From positions 160,001 through 224,000 of the forward strand of contig CAWJRJ010000021.1 in NCBI GenBank assembly GCA_963845245.1: a DNA stretch of 64,000 bases, given 5' to 3'. Positions 1 to 10,031 of this stretch are shown here, one piece after another. This DNA is from Nitrospirota bacterium. Lineage in GTDB: Bacteria; Nitrospirota; JACRHJ01. Numbering within the stretch: position 1 is the stretch's first letter; each line of letters starts with the position of its first letter. The notes under the pieces are model-generated. The model was not told the DNA's origin, did not search any database, and was given only the letters and a program-made list of their open reading frames with translations. The translations under genes and the position numbers were made by a program.

Positions 1-1281
1 ATGCGCGGTCGCGAGTTCATCATGAAGGACGCGTACAGCTTCCACAAGGACCAGGCATCGGCCGAGGCCGAGTACTGGAACATGTACGAGACATACAAGA
101 GGATCTTCACCCGCTGCGGCCTGAACTTCCGCGCGGTCGAGGCGGACACCGGCAACATCGGCGGAAGCTTCTCGCACGAGTTCATGGTTCTTGCAGAGAC
201 GGGCGAGGACTTCATCGCGTCATGCACGCACTGCGACTACGGGGCGAACGTCGAAAAGGCCCCCGCCAGCCGCAAGGCCGCGCCTGCCGAGGCATTCCCG
301 CCTGCCGACATGGAGGAAGTGCTGACGCCTGAGAAGAAGACAGTTGAGGAGGTCTCCCGCTTCCTGAAGACCAGACCCATCAGGGTTCTGAAGACGCTGA
401 TATACCAGGCGGACGACAAGGTCGTGGCGGTGCTGGTGCGCGGTGACCACGAGATAAACGAGATAAAGCTGAAGAACGCCCTTAATGCATCAGAGGTTGC
501 GCTTGCGGACAAGGAAACCGTCGAGCGCGTCACGAACGCCCCCTCCGGCTTCGCCGGGCCGGTTGGCCTCTCAGGAGTTACAATCCTCGCCGATAACGCC
601 GTAGCCGATATGTCCAACTTCGTGGTTGGCGGCAACAAGAAGGACACGCACATAAAGAACGTGAACGCCCCCCGCGACTTTACGATTGACCGGTTCGAGG
701 ACCTTCGCAATGTCGTTGCCGGGGACGACTGCCCGCACTGCTCCGAGGGCAAGATAGCTATAGACAAGGGCATCGAGGTCGGCCATATCTTCATGCTCGG
801 CACGAAGTATTCCGAGGCCCTGTCTTGCACCTTCCTGGACGAGGACGGTTCCGAGAAGCCCATGATAATGGGCTGCTATGGCATAGGTGTCAGCCGCACC
901 GCCGCCGCCGCGATCGAGCAGAACAACGACGCCAACGGTATCAAGTGGCCGCTGCCGCTTGCTCCGTTCGCGGCAATGGTCCTGCCACTCAACGTGTCAG
1001 AGCCGGGGACGATGGAGGCTGCAAACCTTATCTACGACGGCCTGATGGCTGAGGGCATCGACGTCCTGATGGACGACCGCGACCTTCGCGCCGGCTTCAA
1101 GTTCAAGGATGCCGACCTTATCGGTATCCCGTACATAGTGGTGATAGGCGAGAAGAACCTGAAGGAAGGCCTTGTGGAGTTCAAGGAACGCTCAAGCGGG
1201 ACAGTGACGAAGATCAAGGTAGAGGAAGCCGTGAGTACTATGACGGGGGTGATCAAAGGTGAAAAAGGTCCTGGTTGTTGA
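1..1281 (+). CDS. proS: Prolyl-tRNA synthetase, 5'-truncated by the window edge
   Basis: Class II motif MRGREFIMKDAYSFH, INS editing domain, GIEVGHIF and MGCYGIGVSR motifs, anticodon-binding C-terminus. Confidence 0.97.
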   Translation: MRGREFIMKDAYSFHKDQASAEAEYWNMYETYKRIFTRCGLNFRAVEADTGNIGGSFSHEFMVLAETGEDFIASCTHCDYGANVEKAPASRKAAPAEAFPPADMEEVLTPEKKTVEEVSRFLKTRPIRVLKTLIYQADDKVVAVLVRGDHEINEIKLKNALNASEVALADKETVERVTNAPSGFAGPVGLSGVTILADNAVADMSNFVVGGNKKDTHIKNVNAPRDFTIDRFEDLRNVVAGDDCPHCSEGKIAIDKGIEVGHIFMLGTKYSEALSCTFLDEDGSEKPMIMGCYGIGVSRTAAAAIEQNNDANGIKWPLPLAPFAAMVLPLNVSEPGTMEAANLIYDGLMAEGIDVLMDDRDLRAGFKFKDADLIGIPYIVVIGEKNLKEGLVEFKERSSGTVTKIKVEEAVSTMTGVIKGEKGPGC

Positions 1282-1951
1282 TAACGTAAAGTCCATTCTG
1301 GAAAGGGAAAAGAGCCTTCTTAACCGGGACACATTCCTGGTGTTCTCCGCGACAAGCGGGGAGGAGGCCCTCCAGGTACACAAAAAAGAGAAGGCCGACA
1401 TAATAATAATGGACCTGGACATGCCGGGCATGCCGGGAGACGAAGTCTGCCGTGCCATAAGGGCCGACGATGAGCTGAAAAAGGTATCGATCATCCTGGC
1501 TACGCTGTATAGCGGCGAAGCGGAGACTGAACGCTGCAAAGCGGCCGGGGCGAACGCGTGCATTAAAAAGCCCATAAACAGGGACGAACTTGCGGAGAAA
1601 ATGGCCACACTCCTTGGGATCCCGGCCAGACAGGCCATAAGGATACTGGTCAAGGTAAAGGTGGAGGGCAAGGTCGGTAGCGACTTCTTTATTGCCAATA
1701 CCGTGGACGTCAGCGTTACTGGCCTGCTGTTTGAATGCGACCACGACTTAGCTTCGGGAGACATGATAGAAACGTCGTTCTTTTTGCCCGGTAACGGCGG
1801 CTACCACAGGGTGGTCGCAAAATCGCAGCTGATGCGCTCGGTCCCCAGCGAAGGCTCGCTGAAGCGGTACGGCGTCAGGTTCACGGAGTTTGCGGAAGGG
1901 ACCCCGGAGCAGATCGGCGAGTTCATAGCAAAAAAGACCGGCAAACATTGA
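1259..1951 (+). CDS. Response regulator receiver domain fused to a PilZ domain
   Basis: KVLVVDN...MDLDMPGM...KKP receiver motifs; C-terminal RxxxR (RQAIR) and DVSVTG PilZ motifs. Confidence 0.85.
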   Translation: MKKVLVVDNVKSILEREKSLLNRDTFLVFSATSGEEALQVHKKEKADIIIMDLDMPGMPGDEVCRAIRADDELKKVSIILATLYSGEAETERCKAAGANACIKKPINRDELAEKMATLLGIPARQAIRILVKVKVEGKVGSDFFIANTVDVSVTGLLFECDHDLASGDMIETSFFLPGNGGYHRVVAKSQLMRSVPSEGSLKRYGVRFTEFAEGTPEQIGEFIAKKTGKH

Positions 1952-1962
1952 GTTCCGGGCAT

Positions 1963-1987
1963 AAAAAACGCCGCTTGATTGCGGCGT
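1963..1987 (-). terminator. Intrinsic terminator of the YHS gene
   Basis: Stem ACGCCGC/GCGGCGT, with an A-tract on + that is a U-tract on -. Confidence 0.6.
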
Positions 1988-2011
1988 CCAAGATAGGCAT
2001 GTAGATGCTTG

Positions 2012-2209
2012 TCAGGCGGCTTTCCCGCCTCTTTTTTCGGTGGATTCCCTTGCCGTTTCCGTTTTTCCGGCTTTCATGAACTGGTCCGGGTTCTTGATGA
2101 ACTTCGATTGACAGTCGTGACTGCAGAAGAACATCTTCCTGCCCCCGTGCAGCGTGGTGAACTTCGTATCCTCACCGACGTCCATGCCGCATACTGCATC
2201 CTGTTTCAT
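2012..2209 (-). CDS. YHS domain protein
   Basis: DAVCGMDV...FFCSHDCQSKF..NP YHS signature; GGAGG RBS upstream on -. Confidence 0.85.
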   Translation of the reverse strand: MKQDAVCGMDVGEDTKFTTLHGGRKMFFCSHDCQSKFIKNPDQFMKAGKTETARESTEKRGGKAA

Positions 2210-2332
2210 AATAACACCTCCTATTGTAATCTACTGTTGATAATTATAGCACTACATTGAGAATCCCGCTCATGAGGGGTTATCCTCTTATTAAACTTGA
2301 ATTTACAGCGTTACTCTGGTATGATTTCAGCC

Positions 2333-3019
2333 ATGGAAAGGCCTCTGAACCTTATAATCGACTGCGACGACACCCTCTGGGAAAACAACCGTTTTTTCCT
2401 TGAGGCACACAAAAAATTCGTCCGGCTGATGGAGTCGCAAGGGCACGATACCGCGAAGGCGGACAGCCTGCTTTTGCGGCTTGAGATGGAAAATGTGCCC
2501 AGGTACGGTTACGGGGCCCGCAGCCAGGCCATGTCCATGGCCGACGTCTACCGCCTCCTGGAGCCGGAACCGGACGCGTCCGTCCTTGAATCCATCAGGG
2601 CGATAGGCGACGAGGTTTTCAACCACCCGGTATGCCTGTTCCCCGGCGTGGAGGACACGCTCCGGAAGCTCTCCACCCGATACCGCATGCTGATGCTCAC
2701 CAAGGGGAACCGCGACGAGCAGATGGGCAAGATAGAAAAATCCCCGGTACGCGGATATTTCCAGCATACGAAGGTGGTGGAGGAGAAGGACAAGGAGACC
2801 TTGAGGGGCGTGCTTGACGAGTTCGACATGGCGCCGCACGAGACCTGGATGATAGGCGACTCGCCGCGTTCCGACATCATGCCCGCGCTTCAAAACGGCG
2901 TCAAGTCCGTCTACATACCTTTTTCCATGACCTGGGCGCTGGAGCACCAGGAACTTCCGCCTTCCGAGCATATCATCACGGTGGAGGCCTTTGACCGTCT
3001 CTCCGGCCTTTTACTTTAA
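2333..3019 (+). CDS. HAD-superfamily hydrolase
   Basis: DCDDTLW motif I, LTKG, MIGDSPRSDI motif IV. Confidence 0.9.
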   Translation: MERPLNLIIDCDDTLWENNRFFLEAHKKFVRLMESQGHDTAKADSLLLRLEMENVPRYGYGARSQAMSMADVYRLLEPEPDASVLESIRAIGDEVFNHPVCLFPGVEDTLRKLSTRYRMLMLTKGNRDEQMGKIEKSPVRGYFQHTKVVEEKDKETLRGVLDEFDMAPHETWMIGDSPRSDIMPALQNGVKSVYIPFSMTWALEHQELPPSEHIITVEAFDRLSGLLL

Positions 3020-3021
3020 TT

Positions 3022-4156
3022 ATGACAAAGAAAAAACCACAGGTTGCTGCCATCGTCCAACGCCCGGGAGCGCCGAGTTCCTCCAGGACGTCCTCTACAG
3101 CGTGACAGAGGGCATACTGGTCTTCGACGACGACATGAGGCTGGTGTTCGCGAACCGGGCCGCAGAGGAGATGGCGCTTGTCCAGGCCGACGAGCCCGGC
3201 AAGGAGGCAGACGAGACTATAGGGCATATCAATGCCCCGATTGCGGACCTGGTCTCAAGGACGCTTGAGTCCGGCAGGCAGCATACCGGCTTTACCGCCG
3301 AGCTGTATCGCCCGGACGGCACCGTCGTGCCGGTGGAGGCTTCGGCCTCGCCCATGGAGGATTCCGAGGGCCAGACCGCAGGCGTCGTGCTCGTGCTGCG
3401 TGAGGCCTCGAAGATCCGGGAGCTTGAGGACGCCATTAAGAAGTCCGAGCGCCTTGCATACCTGGGCACGATGGCGGCCTCCGTCGCACATGAGATACGA
3501 AACCCGCTCGGCGGCATAAAAGGCGCCTCCCAGCTTCTGCGTGACGAAATAAAGGGCCTCCCGAACGAGGAGTCCCTCTCCGAGTATATTGGCGTCATCA
3601 TCAAGCAGGTGGACCGCCTCACCGGGATACTCGATTCGCTTAAAGGCCTCGGCAAGCCGCTTGCGCAAAGGCTCGCACCGGTAAACCTCCACAGCGTCCT
3701 CGACGAGGCGCTTACCCTTCTCGCCCCGGACATAAAGAAGTCAAAGCTGAAGGTTAAGAGGGAGTACGACCCCAGCATGCCGGAGGTCGAAGGCGACGAG
3801 GCGGGCCTGTCCGGCGTCTTCATAAACCTTATAAAAAACGCGGTGGAGGCCATGCCCGCGGGCGGCGTCCTCACGCTAGGCACCGGCATACCGTCCGACT
3901 TCCTCTATTCCACCATAAAGACCGAAAAAGGCAGGAAGACGATGATCGCCGTGAAGGTCTCCGATACCGGGGCGGGCATTACCCGGATGCGATGAAGGAG
4001 ATATTCAACCCGTTTTACTCCACCAAGGGCGGCGGGCTGGGCCTCGGGCTCGCGCTGTCGCTGAAGGTAATCGAGGAGCACGGCGGGACGATAAAGGTGG
4101 ACAGCGAGCCAGGCCGTGGGACTACATTTACGGTATACCTGCCGGTGTATAGATAG
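3022..4156 (+). CDS. ntrB: PAS-domain sensor histidine kinase, NtrB-like (frameshifts near both ends)
   Basis: H-box AHEIRNPLGGIKGASQLL, REYDPSMP, N-box NLIKNA; the F/G boxes (IFNPFYSTK..GLGLGL) continue in a shifted frame to TAG at 4156. Confidence 0.7.
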
Positions 4157-4191
4157 CCTCTACCTTCCCGTCTTTTTTGATATATTAAATC

Positions 4192-4795
4192 ATGTCTGAC
4201 ATAATCAGAAGACAGTAACACGCGGGTAACTGCTCCATCAACTGCCTGAAATCCGGCAGCTCAAAGGGCAGGGACATCCTGCTTCTGCACGGGATGAGCT
4301 TTCAGGCGCAGACATGGCGCGACCTGGGGACACTTGAACGTATTGGGCGACGCGGGCTACGACGTCACGGCGATAGACATGCCGGGCTTCGGGCTCACCA
4401 AGAAATGCGGGATGGGGCCGGACGCGGTGCTTGAGAAGTTCCTTGAGGTGGAGGGCCTTCGGAAACCGGTGCTGGTCGGGCCTTCGATGGGCGGCAGGAT
4501 AAGCCTGAACTTCGCGCTCGACCACCCGGGCCTTGTCGGCGGGCTGGTGCTCATCGGCTGCGTCAGCGTGGAGGAGAACCGCGACAGGCTCTCCACGATA
4601 AAGGTCCCGACGCTTATCGTCTGGGGCAGCAACGACCACATCGCGCCGCTGTCTAACGCGGAACTATTGCATAGCGAGATTAAAGGCTCAAGGCTTCTGA
4701 TAATCGACGGCGCGCGCCACCCGGCCTATCTGGACAACCCCGTACTCTGGCATAGTGAGTTGACTGGATTTTATGAAAGAATTGCTTCTAATTAG
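4192..4795 (+). CDS. Alpha/beta hydrolase (ABHD14-like; frameshifted at the 5' end)
   Basis: LLHG in the upstream frame, DMPGFG, GPSMGG nucleophile elbow, WGSND, GARHPAY. Confidence 0.85.
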
Positions 4796-4863
4796 GGGCC
4801 GACCTCACCTTAGGCGGAGAGCCGGAAGATTAACATCCTCGCCTGAGCGGGTGTCGGCCCTGC
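4792..4863. repeat. REP-like palindrome with an expanded internal hairpin
   Basis: Ends TAGGGGCCGACC...GTGTCGGCCCT match the copies at 8730, 12486 and 13219. Confidence 0.7.
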
Positions 4864-4864
4864 T

Positions 4865-5200
4865 TTATTCTCCTAGCATTCCTTGCTCGCAGCATCCAGC
4901 AGTTCGCTCAACTCCGCGATAATCCTTCTTCTCGTCTTCCACCACCTCGACAAGCTGGTCCTCGGCGTAGCCCTTCTTCAACCCGGCGGGTCTTACCGAC
5001 ACTAGCTTTACTGCGCTCTTGACGGGATGTGTCTTGATCGTCGTGTAGGCGCGTACTATGGCCGCAACGGTCGCCTCCTGCAGGATGATCGTTTCTCCGG
5101 CGCGGTCGGTGAGGGCGAGCCGCAGGTGCTGGTGGCCTTGCGGCACGGCTAGAATCGCGGTCTCGACATCATTGTTGCAAAGGAGAGTCTTCTTGTTCAC
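4865..5200 (-). CDS. Hypothetical protein
   Basis: GTG start after AGGAGG; globular-looking sequence (HQHLRLAL...LQEATVAAIVRAY..IKTHP); 3' end possibly frameshifted. Confidence 0.65.
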   Translation of the reverse strand: MNKKTLLCNNDVETAILAVPQGHQHLRLALTDRAGETIILQEATVAAIVRAYTTIKTHPVKSAVKLVSVRPAGLKKGYAEDQLVEVVEDEKKDYRGVERTAGCCEQGMLGE

Positions 5201-5208
5201 AGGGCCTC

Positions 5209-5664
5209 CTATGGCGGGCCATACCACCAGAAATCGCGTGGTCGCGGGTGGTGGCGGTAGTGGTGGTGCCTCCGGTAATATGCATCGTCGTCCAGGTCGT
5301 CATCGTCGTCGTCATCGTCCTTCTTTTTCTTCGCCTCTTTCTTTTCTTTTTCCTTCTTTTCCTTGTCCGCCTTTTCCTTGTCGGAAAGTTTAGCCGTCTT
5401 GCCCTTTGCGTCCTTCCCCTTCGTGGTGGCGGTCTTGTCCGTCTTCTTTGCCCCGGCTTTTTCAACCTTCTTCGAGTCGGTTTCTTTCTTTGAGTCGGCA
5501 GCCTTCTTGGTATCTGCGGATTTCTGGGCGGTGGTGGACGCGGAGGCGGCAGGAGCGGCGGACTTGTCGTCCTTCTTGGCATCCTTCTGGCCGGCGCAGG
5601 ATATCAGCGAGATGGATAGTAGAAAAAATACGGTTGACAGCAGCAGTGCCTTGATCGGCCTCAT
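5209..5664 (-). CDS. Low-complexity Lys/Ala/Asp-rich putative lipoprotein
   Basis: Signal peptide ending LISC; K-rich body, poly-Asp tract, His/Arg/aromatic tail; start overlaps the upstream stop. Confidence 0.75.
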   Translation of the reverse strand: MRPIKALLLSTVFFLLSISLISCAGQKDAKKDDKSAAPAASASTTAQKSADTKKAADSKKETDSKKVEKAGAKKTDKTATTKGKDAKGKTAKLSDKEKADKEKKEKEKKEAKKKKDDDDDDDDLDDDAYYRRHHHYRHHPRPRDFWWYGPP

Positions 5665-6701
5665 TGGCCCTCCTTCAGTTTTTCTTTAAGCTCGATTATC
5701 CGCATCTCCCGCCCAACGGCGAACTTGCGGAACCGCTCCAGGTCGTCCACCTTCTGCTTGAGTTCCTGGTAGAGCAGGGAGTTCTCTATTACGACACCTA
5801 TGTAGCTGCCGATGGTGTTCAGGGTGTCGAGCTTGCCGGGGTCTATCCCGTCGTACATCGCTGACCCGGCCGTGAGGACGCCGATCACGTTGCCCTTTGC
5901 CATGATGGGTATTGCCGTCCAGGTCTGGACGCCCTCGGCCTTTATGTCCGGGTGCGATCTTCCCTGCTGTGTTCTTCCAGGCGTTCCCTTGCGAAGAAAG
6001 GTTTTCCAACCAGGACCTCCCTTTTGAGCCAGGGCTCATCCAGGCTCCTTGTGCTGGCCTTCTTCAAAAAAGTGTCCGACAGCCCCTCGCTCAGCTTCAG
6101 TACCAGCAAATCTTTTTCTATCAGGTATATGCCCAGATAATGCACATCGAGGAAATCCTTTACCTGCTTTATGACCGCAGACAAAACCTTGTCCATCTCA
6201 AGGGATTTGCTGATGGACATCGCTATCCTGTTCAAGACCGAGAGTTCCCTGTTCTTGGAGAGTATCTCCCGGGCGTCCTTTTCCATCTGTTCGGAGGACT
6301 CCTGGAGCATCATTCAGCGATGTTTCGATCTCCTTCTTGGCCTCGGCCAGGGTGCCGTATCTCTCGCTCGCGCTCGCGATGTCTTTATAGAGGAAGAACA
6401 GTATGCCGACGATGACGAAGGTGAGGCTGTTGACCCCCCCGGTCAACGGCGATATCGCTTTGGACATCTCCTTGTTTCCGGTAAATGTCAGGATCCTTAG
6501 TATGATATGTCCCGTTGCGTGCGAGAAGGCGAAGATGCAAAGCGCGATCACCTGCCATTGCAGGTACATCCATATCGGGACGCCAGGCCGCAGCGAACGT
6601 ATCTTTTTTACCTGGAACAACAGGAAAATGGCCAGGGCGAGGAGCAATATACCCGAAATGAAGTCTATTACCCATATGGGCATGAGGCTGGCGGTCATCA
6701 A
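5661..6701 (-). CDS. Membrane sensor protein with GAF domain and C-terminal coiled coil (three frameshifted segments)
   Basis: TM helices in 6198-6701; GAF (ELSVLNRIAMSISKSLEM...) in 5942-6313 and 5661-5903; ends LERFRKFAVGREMRIIELK. Confidence 0.7.
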
Positions 6702-7141
6702 GCCGAGCCCCCCTTTTCGAGCTGCTTCCTTATCTTGTATGTGCCGATGGCCATCATGACGAATGCCGGTACCAGCAGGAAATATTCTACCAGCCGGCTC
6801 AGATAATATATAGTGGCCTTAAGGGAGCCAAGCGTTACTGCCGTTGGGCTTATCGAGTCCTGAACCTCTTTTGACAGGCCTTCCAGCAGGTGGCTTACCA
6901 ATGCGTCCGTGTTCCAGAGTATGAAAAATACCGCGGCAAAACGGATATACTTCCATCCCTCAAGCATCGACGCCGACGGTTTTTTGAGGACTATGTATAT
7001 ATAGACCATCGCGGCAATGAAAAACACGTGCCCTATCTGGTGGACATAGAAACCTTCCGCGCCCTGATGCTCCTGTATGGCAAAGGCGTTGCCCGCATTG
7101 AGGAGTATTAAAAGGAATACTGCGAAACCGACTTTTTTCAA
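6698..7141 (-). CDS. His-containing integral membrane protein, hypothetical
   Basis: Signal-like N-terminus, EHQGAEGFYVHQIGH motif, three further hydrophobic segments; ATGA overlap with the downstream gene. Confidence 0.75.
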   Translation of the reverse strand: MKKVGFAVFLLILLNAGNAFAIQEHQGAEGFYVHQIGHVFFIAAMVYIYIVLKKPSASMLEGWKYIRFAAVFFILWNTDALVSHLLEGLSKEVQDSISPTAVTLGSLKATIYYLSRLVEYFLLVPAFVMMAIGTYKIRKQLEKGGSA

Positions 7142-7323
7142 TTAGGCCGCCCTTGGTAAACGCTTATAAAATAATATGATTTGTCCAACAATATACCATT
7201 TGGATAAAAAATAATCAATAAGTTAGCGTCTGTTTGTTAATGCTGGATTTATCTGATTAAAACAGGTATAATTCCGAAGAGTACCCATCCCCCTAAAAAA
7301 ACTCCTTGGCAGGTAAAAAAACC

Positions 7324-7352
7324 TTGACAATACATAGTGGTTTAATTAGCAT
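7324..7352 (+). promoter_or_regulatory. Sigma70-type promoter of the hdrBC-glt operon
   Basis: TTGACA-17 nt-TAGCAT. Confidence 0.6.
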
Positions 7353-7390
7353 AAAAATTCACCCTTAGGGGGTAGTTGTTTTCGGAGGGA

Positions 7391-8712
7391 ATGATGAAGA
7401 GTTACGTTTTTTTCTGGGGTTGTACGATTCCGGCCCGGTTTGCCTTCCAGGAGAAGGCTGTCAGGCTCGTCGCCGAGAGGATGGAGGTCGGGATAACCGA
7501 CCTCGACGGTTTTACCTGCTGTCCCGAAAAAGAGCTTGTCAAGAGCATGGGTGACGAGCTCTGGCTTCTTACGGCCGCGAGGAACCTCGCCCTTGCCGAA
7601 CAGACCGGGCCAGGACCTGGTAACGCCGTGCAACGGCTGTTACGGCACGCTCAAGGGCGCAAAGGCCGAGCTTAAGGCCAACCCGAAGCTGATGGCCCAT
7701 GTCAACGAGCGGCTTGCCGAGATAGGCATGGAGTACAAGGGGAAGATCAAGGTCTATCACCTGCTTGAGCTGTTCCATGACGTCCTGTCCCCGGCCAAGA
7801 TCGCCACATATGTAAAGAAGCCCTTGAAGGGCATGCGCATAGGCGTCCATTACGGCTGCCACATGATGCGCCCGGCGAAGGTGCTCAATTTCGACGACCC
7901 GATAAAGCCGGTAAAGTTCGACGCGCTTGTCTCCGCGCTCGGCGCGAAGTCGCTCGACTACTCCACGAAGATGCTCTGCTGCGGCGGCGGTCTAAGCAAC
8001 GTCGGCAACGTCTCCGAAGGCCAGACCCTGGTGCGGCGCAAGCTCCAGGACCTGAAGGGCATGGAGGCCGACGCCATGACGACCGTCTGCCCGTCCTGCT
8101 ACTCGCAGTACGACATGCAGCAGTTCATGCTCGCGAGGGAAGGCGAGAAATACAACATACCGGTCATCTCCTACCAGGAGCTGCTGGCCCTTTCCATGGG
8201 CTTCACGCCCGAGGAGATCGGCATGGACATGCACAAGGTGGATACCGCCGCGTTCATGAATAAATGGGAGAAGAACCTGGGCCGCCACTTGAAGGCTAAG
8301 GAGATTATCGACGTGGCCTCGGTCGAGAGGTGCGTGGCATGCGCGGCCTGCGTCAACGACTGCCCGGTGACGCTCAGCCTCGAAGGCGTCAACCTGCACG
8401 ACATGATGAAGACGCGTCCTCACCGAAGACCTGGAAGAACTTATAAAGTCGCCGGACATCTGGCGCTGCGTCGAGTGCCACACCTGCAAGGAGCTCTGCC
8501 CGCAGTGCTACGGCATGGAGGAGGTATTCCACAAGCTGAAGCACGAGGCCATAGCCGCGGGCTGCACACAGCAGGCCACCAAGAAGGCGATGGAGATGTT
8601 CCTGCAGACCGGCCGCCTGGGCGAGCCGTCGAAGTCACAGAGGAAGAAGCTCGGTCTGAAGGACGCCCCGAAGACGGGCACAGAAGACCTGATGAAACTG
8701 ATAAAGAAGTAG
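7391..8712 (+). CDS. hdrB: Heterodisulfide reductase subunit B (two CCG domains) fused to a C-terminal HdrC-like 2x[4Fe-4S] domain (two frameshifts)
   Basis: FWGC, FTCCP, AARNLALAE, TPCNGC, HYGCH, CCGGG, VCPSC; then CVACAACVNDCP and, in a shifted frame, IWRCVECHTCKELCP. Confidence 0.85.
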
Positions 8713-8729
8713 GACATCTTTCCGACATT

Positions 8730-8879
8730 TAGGGGCCGACCCGTGTGTCGGCCCTGGTTTAAACTGATTTATTATTTGTCACCCCCGCGAAGGCGGGGTC
8801 CAGGAACTTGGATGTTTAAACTTCCTGGATTCCTGCTTCCGGGAATGACGGACTTAAGGCGAAGACGGTCGGCCCCTAC
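8730..8879. repeat. Inverted REP pair enclosing a second palindromic element (8778-8849)
   Basis: TAGGGGCCGACCCGTGTGTCGGCCCT ... GGTCGGCCCCTAC; inner GTCACCCCCGCGAAGGCGGGGTCCAGG...CCTGGATTCCTGCTTCCGGGAATGAC. Confidence 0.75.
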
Positions 8880-8909
8880 TATGGTAGGGTTTTTGGAGGA
8901 ATTAGAAAA

Positions 8910-10031
8910 ATGAACCACTGGTGGGAAAAAGACATGTCGGGCTGCGGCCTGTCGGGCATAATAAACACCGACGGCAAACGCATATCCGGCGCGGCTATAA
9001 GGGAGTCCATCGCGATCCAGCACGACCGCGGCAACGGCCTCGGCGGCGGGTTCGCCGCGTACGGCATATACCCCGAGTACAAGGACTACTATGCGCTTCA
9101 TATAATGTATACCGAAGAGCCGGGAAAGCCCACCCGTGACCTGCAGCAGGCGAGGAAAGAGACCGAGGCCTACCTGGACGCCACGCTCTCCGTCAAGAAG
9201 GGCGAGGACATCCCCGTAAAGATAACGGACAAGGTCAGGGCGCACCCGCTGCTTGAACCGCTACTTCGTGAAGGTCCGCCCGGACAAGCTCGCGGAGTGC
9301 GGCGGCATAACGGAGGACGACTTCATCGTCAACTGCGTCATGCACATAAACGACAAGATAGACAACGCGTTCGTATTCTCGAGCGGCAAGAACATGGGCG
9401 CCTTCAAGGGCGTCGGCTACCCCGAGGACATCGCGGATTTCTACATGATAGAGAACTACGAGGGCTACACCTGGACGGCGCACAACCGCTTCCCGACGAA
9501 CACCCAGGGCTGGTGGGGAGGGGCGCACCCGTTCACGCTGCTCGACTGGTCCATCGTCCATAACGGCGAGATATCGTCCTACGGCATAAACAAACGCTAC
9601 CTCGAGATGTTCGGGTACAAGATGGCGCTCCTCACCGACACCGAGGTCGTGACATACGTCTTCGACCTTATCGTAAGGAAACAGGGCCTCCCGATAGAGG
9701 TGGCCTGCATGGTCGCTGCGCCCGCCGTTCTGGAAGGATATCGACAGGATGCACGCCGACGAGAAAGAGGCCTACCAGGCTATCAGGATGGTATACGGGA
9801 GCGGCCTTTTAAACGGCCCGTTCGCGATACTCTTCGGCCACAGCAGGGGCCTTGTGGGGATGAACGACAGGATCAAGCTCAGGCCTTTCGTGGCCGCCAC
9901 CAAGGGCAAGACGGTGTACATGGCAAGCGAGGAGTCCGCAATCAGGCGAGATATGCCCCGACCCCGAAAAGGTATGGGCGCCGAGGGCGGGCAGGCCATT
10001 GGTAGTTGAACTCGAGAAAGGTGTCAAATAA
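8910..10031 (+). CDS. Glutamate synthase glutamine amidotransferase subunit (class II GATase, GltB1-like; frameshifted)
   Basis: N-terminal [60 protein letters not shown]. Confidence 0.9.

Noticed and set aside
7391..8712. Hdr (and FmdE at 53673) as evidence of methanogenesis or archaeal origin
   Set aside because: The surrounding genes are clearly bacterial (sigma54 regulator, TolC, hrcA/CIRCE), and both families are widespread in anaerobic bacteria.
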